64,000 nt of DNA, taken from NCBI GenBank assembly GCA_963843145.1, contig CAWJJC010000025.1, forward strand, positions 32,001 to 96,000, read 5' to 3'. Both the position numbers and the translations under genes were made by a program. The DNA is from an uncultured delta proteobacterium (GTDB taxonomy: Bacteria; Desulfobacterota; RBG-13-43-22). Position 1 is the stretch's first letter; each line of letters opens with the position of its first letter. Below, piece after piece: positions 58,349-64,000 of the stretch. The notes under the pieces are model-generated. The model was not told where the DNA came from, ran no database searches, and saw only the letters and a program-made list of their open reading frames with translations.

Positions 58349-59500
58349 ATGACTAAAACGCAAAAAAAAGTCATCGGTATTGCCTGGGTCGCCCTGATGA
58401 TCTGGGGCCTTTTCGGCGTGATGCAACGGCTGGTATATGGTCATCTGCTCGCCGATTACGGCAGCTACGTCCCCTGGGGACTTTGGGTGGCCGCAAAAAT
58501 CTATTTTATCGGCCTGGCGGAGGGGGTTTCCTTTTTTGCCTGGGTTTGTTATGCCTTTCAAATTGAGCGATTCCGTGGCCTGGTACGTCCCGCCCTCTGG
58601 CTGTCCCTGGTCAACCTGGTGGTTGGGCTTACGATCATCTCCTTCGACTTGGGGCATATGTGGCGACTGCAAGAGGTCTTTCTTCGGCCCAACTTTTCCT
58701 CTCTGTTGACCATCTCCAGTTGGCTTTCGATGGGCTACCTGGCCTATATCGCCGTGATCCTGGCCATGGAGGTAAAACCCTATCCCTTAGCAACCAAGAC
58801 CTACCGTCTCCTTGGCTGGATCGGTATGGCCATAGCCATCATTTTCTCCGGCGGCAACGGCGCTGAATTCGCCACCCTGATATCCAGTCCCTATTGGCAC
58901 ACCGCCCTGGGCCCGATCCTCTCCATCGGCTATGCTTTGTCTTCCGGCCTCGCCTTGATCTTAGCGGTCACCGCCTTTTTCTACTTCACGGATTCTTCCG
59001 AAGAGCGGGAGACCCTGGCCCTCTTGAGTCGGACGGTCGTAGGCCTGCTCTTCCTGGTAATCATCCTGGAATGGTCAGAATTTTCGGTAACCATGTGGTA
59101 TGGAAAGGATAGAACCTATACCGTGCTCTGGTCCATCCTCTTCGGTCACTATTGGTACGTCTTTTGGATCGTACACCTTCTGGCCGGAATCATTATCCCC
59201 TTAGTGATGCTGATACGGAAACCAGCGAACCGTCTGAATGCCGGATGGGCTGGCCTGCTGATTGCCGTGGCCCACTTCGCGGTTCGCCTGAACCACGTGA
59301 TCCCGGGCCAGGTAACCCCGGCCATGAAGGGACTGCAGGCGGCCTATACGGATAACCGGCTCAAGTTCGAGTACTTCCCGTCAATCAACGAATGGTCGGT
59401 CTTTGCCTTTTCCGTGGCCCTGTTTATAGCCCTCTTTTATCTGGGCATCCGGTATCTGCCAATCCTTTCAACGAAATCGGTCAATGAGGGAGGGAATTAA
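58349..59500 (+). CDS. NrfD/PsrC/TtrC membrane anchor
   Basis: VPWGLW; DLGH..R; PNFSS; multi-TM; YFPSINEW. Confidence 0.9.
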   Translation: MTKTQKKVIGIAWVALMIWGLFGVMQRLVYGHLLADYGSYVPWGLWVAAKIYFIGLAEGVSFFAWVCYAFQIERFRGLVRPALWLSLVNLVVGLTIISFDLGHMWRLQEVFLRPNFSSLLTISSWLSMGYLAYIAVILAMEVKPYPLATKTYRLLGWIGMAIAIIFSGGNGAEFATLISSPYWHTALGPILSIGYALSSGLALILAVTAFFYFTDSSEERETLALLSRTVVGLLFLVIILEWSEFSVTMWYGKDRTYTVLWSILFGHYWYVFWIVHLLAGIIIPLVMLIRKPANRLNAGWAGLLIAVAHFAVRLNHVIPGQVTPAMKGLQAAYTDNRLKFEYFPSINEWSVFAFSVALFIALFYLGIRYLPILSTKSVNEGGN

Positions 59501-59503
59501 CCC

Positions 59504-62500
59504 ATGCACGTCAAACAGGACCAGCGATCTATAGAAAAGAAGGCGACCGGGCGCAAAGGAATTACTCGTCGCCAACTGATCAAGTCAACAGCCTTTGCGG
59601 GGGATGTGCCATCCTGGCCGCTCAGGCAAACAAAATTTTTGGAGTACTGACCGAGACTAATGTGGCAGACAGCCAAGGCCCATACGTGCTGGCTCAGCCT
59701 CACAACCAGATTTATACCACCTGCCTCCAATGCCATGTATCCTGCCAGATCAAGGCAAAAATCTGGGACGGGACCCTGGCCAAGTTGACGGGCAGTCCTT
59801 ACAGCCCTCAAACTTTTCTCCCCCATATCCCTTATAAGACCCGTCCCGAAGATACGGCGACGATAGACGGGAAACTGTGCGCCAAGGGACAGGCCGGCAT
59901 TCAAACCTATTACGATCCCTACCGGATTCGTAAGGTACTTAAAAGGGCCGGCGAACGGGGGTCCAATAAATGGCGGACCATCCCTTTTAACCAATTTATC
60001 GAAGAAGTCGTCCGCGGGGGCAAGCTGTTTGCCGAGGCAGGAGACAGCCGCCCCTACCCGGGATTTGACGAGGTAGTTGCCCTGAGGGATGCCGAGGTAG
60101 CTAAAAAAATGGCCGAAGACGCCCAGAAGTGCGGCAAAGGGGAAATGAATGTCGCCGAATTTAAGAAAAAGTATCGGGACCACCTGGATAAGCTTATTGA
60201 CCCTGAACATCCGGATCTCGGACCGAAAAATAACGGCTTTGTCTTCCTGGCTGGCCGCATTCAACCCGGCCGCGGCCCAATTAATGAAATGGTTTACTGA
60301 ACTATCCCTTGGATCGAAGAATCATTATGAACATACCACTATTTGTGAGCAGTCCCACCACATCGCCTATGACCTGATGACCGGACATAAAACGAACCAC
60401 ATGAAACCGCGACCTGGCCAATGCCGAGTTTGTTATCTTCTGGGGAACCGGGGCTTTTACGGCCAACTTCAGCCTGGTGACCATGGCTGAGAAGGTCACC
60501 ACCGGAAAACTTAACCGGGGCCTGAAGACCGCGGTGGTGGATGCTCGGCTCTCCAACGATGCCGGTAAGGCCGACTGGTGGCTGCCGGTCCAACCCAATG
60601 GCCACGGGGCCTTGGCCATGGCCATGATTCGATGGATACTGGAAAATAACCGCTACGACCAACGGTACCTGGAAAACGCCAACAAGGCGGCTGCCAAGGC
60701 CGACGATGAACCGACCTGGACCAACGCCAGCCACTTGGTAAAAATCGTAGAAGGACACCCTATGGCCTTGTTGAAGGCCGATGAAGCGGGCATCGGCACA
60801 GCGGAACAGAGGGTGGTCTCCCGCGCAGGCCGGCTGATTGCCGTAGATCCGGAAGATGAAAATAAACCGATAGAAGGAGATCTCCTGGTCAAGACCCAGG
60901 TGAAAGGCCTATCCGTAAAGAGCGCCTTTCAACTCCTGACCGAACAGGCCATGGCCCGCACTTTAAAGGAGTATGCCGAAGAAAGCGGGGTGGATACCAT
61001 GACCATCATCGAGGTGGCCAGGGAGTTCACCTCTCACGGAAAAAGGTCTGTGGTGGAGATGTACCGGGGACCGGTGCAGCAGACCGACGGATATTATAAC
61101 GGTAGTCTGATTATTACTCTCAATGTCCTCATCGGCAACGCCGATTATAAGGGAGGCCTCAGTAAGGGGGGTGGCTCTTGGCATGAAGTAGGAGATAAAC
61201 CGGACAGTATCTATCCATTGGAGAAGATGCATCCCGAACCTCTTAAAGCCTTTGGGCCCAGGATTACCCGTGAGAAGAGCCGGTATGAAGATTTCACCCT
61301 TTTCAGAGAACATGGCTACCCGGCCAAGAGGCCCTGGTATCCCTTTACCGGCAATATTTACCAGGAGGTCATCCCCTCTTTCACGGGTGGATATCCCTAT
61401 GCCGGGAAAATCCTTTTTCTCCACATGGGCACCCCGGCCCTTTCTACCCCCGGCGGGACCCAGCATGTCATTGACATGCTCAAGGATCCGGCCCGGGTAC
61501 CGCTCTTCATTGCCAGTGATATTATCATCGGCGAGACCTCCATGTACGCGGACTACATTGTCCCGGATTTGACCTATCTGGAACGGTGGGGATTTCCTCA
61601 CGACACTCCGGATGTGCCCACCAAAGTGGGCAAGGTTCGACAGCCAGTGGCCATACCTTTCACCGAAGAAGTAGAAGTGAACAGTGAACGGATGCCTATC
61701 TGCATGGAAACATTTTTAATTGCCGTGGGGACCCGGATGAAGCTTTCAGGATTCGGACAGGACGCCTTTGGTAAGGGGTTACCATTTACCCGGCAGGAGG
61801 ACTGGTACCTGAAAGAAGTGGCCAACATCGCCTTTGGAGATAAGGCCGGTGAAGATGTCCCGGAAGCCGATGCCGCCGAAATGGCCCTCTTTCAAAAGGC
61901 CAGACGGCATCTGCCACTTTCTGTTTTCAACGAAAAGCGTTGGAAGCAAGCCTTGCGGTCAGAGAATGAATGGCGGAAAGTCGTCTATGTACTCAACCGC
62001 GGGGGTCGGTTTGCAGATTTCAGCCAGGCTTATGAGGGCGATAAAATGAAAAGTGCCCTGAATAGCATGTTTCACCTCTTCGTGGAGGAAGTGGCTTCCC
62101 AAAGAAACAGCCTCAGCGGGGCCTATTTCAGCGGCGTTCCGATTATCGGCGGAGAATATGATGCCGCCGGTAAACCCCTAAGGCGGAGTCAAGAATATCC
62201 GTTTAAGATCATCACTTATAAAGAGGCCTTCGGCGGTCATTCCCGGACCATCTCCAACTACTGGAGCAACATCGCCTTGAGGCCGGAGAACAAGGTCCTG
62301 ATCCATCGGCAAGACGCCTTAAGGATCGGCCTGAAACAGGACCAACGGGTACGGTTGGTATCGGCGGATAATCCCGGTGGGAAGTTAGAGTTGAAAGACG
62401 GAGAAAACCGGGTGGTGCCCATGATCGCTCGAGTGGAAATCATAGAGGGGATCCGTCCGGGTACCCTGGCCGTGTCCTGGCACTACGGCCACTGGGCTTA

Positions 62501-62681
62501 TGGATCCAATGACGTGGTGGTGGATGGCCATAAAATTTATGGAGACCGCCGTCGGGCGACGGGGATCTGTACCAATCATATCCTGGCCGTGGACCCAGTG
62601 CTGAAGGATGTTTGCCTGACCGACCCGATCGGCGGCAGCGCCTCTTTTTCCAATAGCCGGGTGAACGTGGTTCCTGTTTAA
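59504..62681 (+). CDS. TtrA/SrdA-like Mo/W-bisPGD catalytic subunit, split by three frameshifts (~59600, ~60275, ~60410)
   Basis: Tat motif TRRQLIK; CLQCHVSC...GKLCAKG; HTTICEQSHH; ETSMYADY..PD.TYLERW; GHWAYG; DPIGGSA. Confidence 0.85.
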
Positions 62682-62682
62682 C

Positions 62683-62927
62683 CGGGTTGTAGAAGGTCTC
62701 CGCCCAAACGTGATCGCTTTTTCTCAGGGCCACGGGCATGGGCCTACGGGGCTCAAACCCTACAAATTGACGGCGTGACTATCCCGGGGGATGTCCGGCG
62801 GGCCACGGGTATTCACGCCAACGCCGCCATGCGCGTCAATCCCTACCTGAAAAATACCGGTCTGGTGGATACGGTCGGTGGGAGCGCGGTTTTTTACCAG
62901 AGCCAGGCCAAGCTGGTCAAGGCCTAA
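62683..62927 (+). pseudogene. C-terminal remnant of a second, divergent TtrA-like subunit
   Basis: [19 protein letters not shown]/(fs)[61 protein letters not shown] is colinear with the last ~80 aa of the preceding gene. Confidence 0.8.
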
Positions 62928-62958
62928 ACCCTTACAGCGGGCGAAGGAGATGCCTATA

Positions 62959-63576
62959 ATGAAAAAGATAATGATTTCGGGAAAACCCGTCGAGTCCTTC
63001 ATGGAGGAAATCCGGAAATTTCACGGGTGGGTGGCCCCCGGGGTCCTACTTGGAGGATTCATGGTGGATTATGCCCAGGAACTGGTCGGGAGGGAGGTGG
63101 AGGCCGATGCCATCGTGGAAACCCGCTTCTGCCTGCCCGACGCTGTCCAGCTTTTGACCCCCTGCACCTGTGGCAACGGCTGGATGAAAATCGTGGACTG
63201 GGATAAGTTCGCCCTGAGCCTTTACGACAAAAAAACGCGGGAGGGCATTCGGGTCCGACTGGATGTGGACAAGACCGCGGCCTTCCCTAATCTCTTCAAC
63301 TGGTTCATGAAGCTGGTGGAGAAGAAGGACCTGCCGCTGGAAGTCCTTAACCAAACCATCTTGGAGGCCGGCCGAGGGGCGCTGTCGGCCGCCCCGGTTT
63401 ACATAACCAACTACTATGCCAAGATAAAGAAAGGAAAAACCGGAATCTGCCCCTCCTGCGGGGAGGCCTACACCCTCCGCCAGGGAGCAATCTGTTGCTC
63501 CTGCCAGGGGGAAGGATATTACCAACCGATCGAGAATCCCGCTGAATCCTTTTTGAAGCGGGCCGTCAGCTATTAA
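62959..63576 (+). CDS. FmdE-family protein with C-terminal zinc finger
   Basis: FHGWVAPG...ET.FCLPDAVQLLTPCTCGNG...CPSCGEAY...C.SC. Confidence 0.88.
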   Translation: MKKIMISGKPVESFMEEIRKFHGWVAPGVLLGGFMVDYAQELVGREVEADAIVETRFCLPDAVQLLTPCTCGNGWMKIVDWDKFALSLYDKKTREGIRVRLDVDKTAAFPNLFNWFMKLVEKKDLPLEVLNQTILEAGRGALSAAPVYITNYYAKIKKGKTGICPSCGEAYTLRQGAICCSCQGEGYYQPIENPAESFLKRAVSY

Positions 63577-63623
63577 AAAGGGGAAAAGAGAAGCGTCCAT
63601 TGAAAAGAAAAGGAGAAAGGGAG

Positions 63624-64000
63624 ATGAAAAAAAATGGGTGGCTGAGTTTGGTCCTGGTTTTATTTTTTCTGGCGGCCTGGGGAGGCCCGGGCCAGGTCCA
63701 GGCGGGTGAGCGGGATACGCTGTTGCTGCTCAACCTGCTGAAGAAAAAGGGGGTCATCACCGAAGAGGAGTCTCAGGAACTGATGAAAGAGGTGCAGACC
63801 CAGGCCAAGCAGGAAAAGGAGGAACGAAAGCAGGAAATCAAAGAAGTGGCCCAGAAGGGCGATTTTCTGCCGGGATACCTGAAGGGGGTCAAGTTCGGGA
63901 CCACGATCTTCGGCGAGTGGCGGATGAGGAGCGAAGATAAGGGTGGGACCACGACCAACGAGTTCCTGCTGAACCGGGGCTACCTGACCCTGTCGGGCAA
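63624..64000 (+). CDS. Putative outer-membrane porin-like protein (partial)
   Basis: RBS and signal peptide ending VQA; LLKKKGVITEEE coiled segment; beta-strand-like VKFGTTIFGEW...FLLNRGYLTL. Confidence 0.6.
   Translation, partial: MKKNGWLSLVLVLFFLAAWGGPGQVQAGERDTLLLLNLLKKKGVITEEESQELMKEVQTQAKQEKEERKQEIKEVAQKGDFLPGYLKGVKFGTTIFGEWRMRSEDKGGTTTNEFLLNRGYLTLSG

Overview
Bacterial DNA, probably Desulfobacterota (inferred from gene content), in four parts. (1) 1-15.7 kb is an accessory patchwork next to the 3' end of tRNA-Val(GAC): an HDOD protein, a lone integron attC, secreted Gly/Pro/Arg-rich proteins, HU, truncated signalling genes, an OYE enzyme and Spy/CpxP. (2) 15.9-28.8 kb is housekeeping: a CDP-alcohol phosphatidyltransferase, miaA, mutL, truA, argC, rpsI, rplM, lptD, folC and a UvrD-family helicase. 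(3) 29.2-33 kb is a YeeE/TusA/DsrEFH-like sulfur-relay operon with a rhodanese. (4) 33-64 kb is a metalloid/redox region. It holds ArsR with four similar operator boxes, thioredoxins, CcdA, MFS, CDF, two Acr3-family exporters, a DUF318/ArsP permease, an EchABCDEF-type hydrogenase and a cysE-ttrBCA-like molybdoenzyme operon. The main result is three probable selenoprotein genes that the ORF track misses or splits at in-frame TGA codons: a small protein with an N-terminal U-x-x-U motif (37712-38023), a [2Fe-2S]-type protein with a U-C motif and possibly a second Sec (36758-37069), and an ExtKL-like five-heme cytochrome (47700-48899). There is also a ~1.9 kb mini-island bounded by tRNA-Arg(CCG) 3' fragments, a dispersed ~75 bp repeat family, and the remnant of a displaced TtrA paralog. 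Several genes carry single-base frameshifts that look like sequencing errors. All family calls come from recognising motifs by eye, not from database searches.
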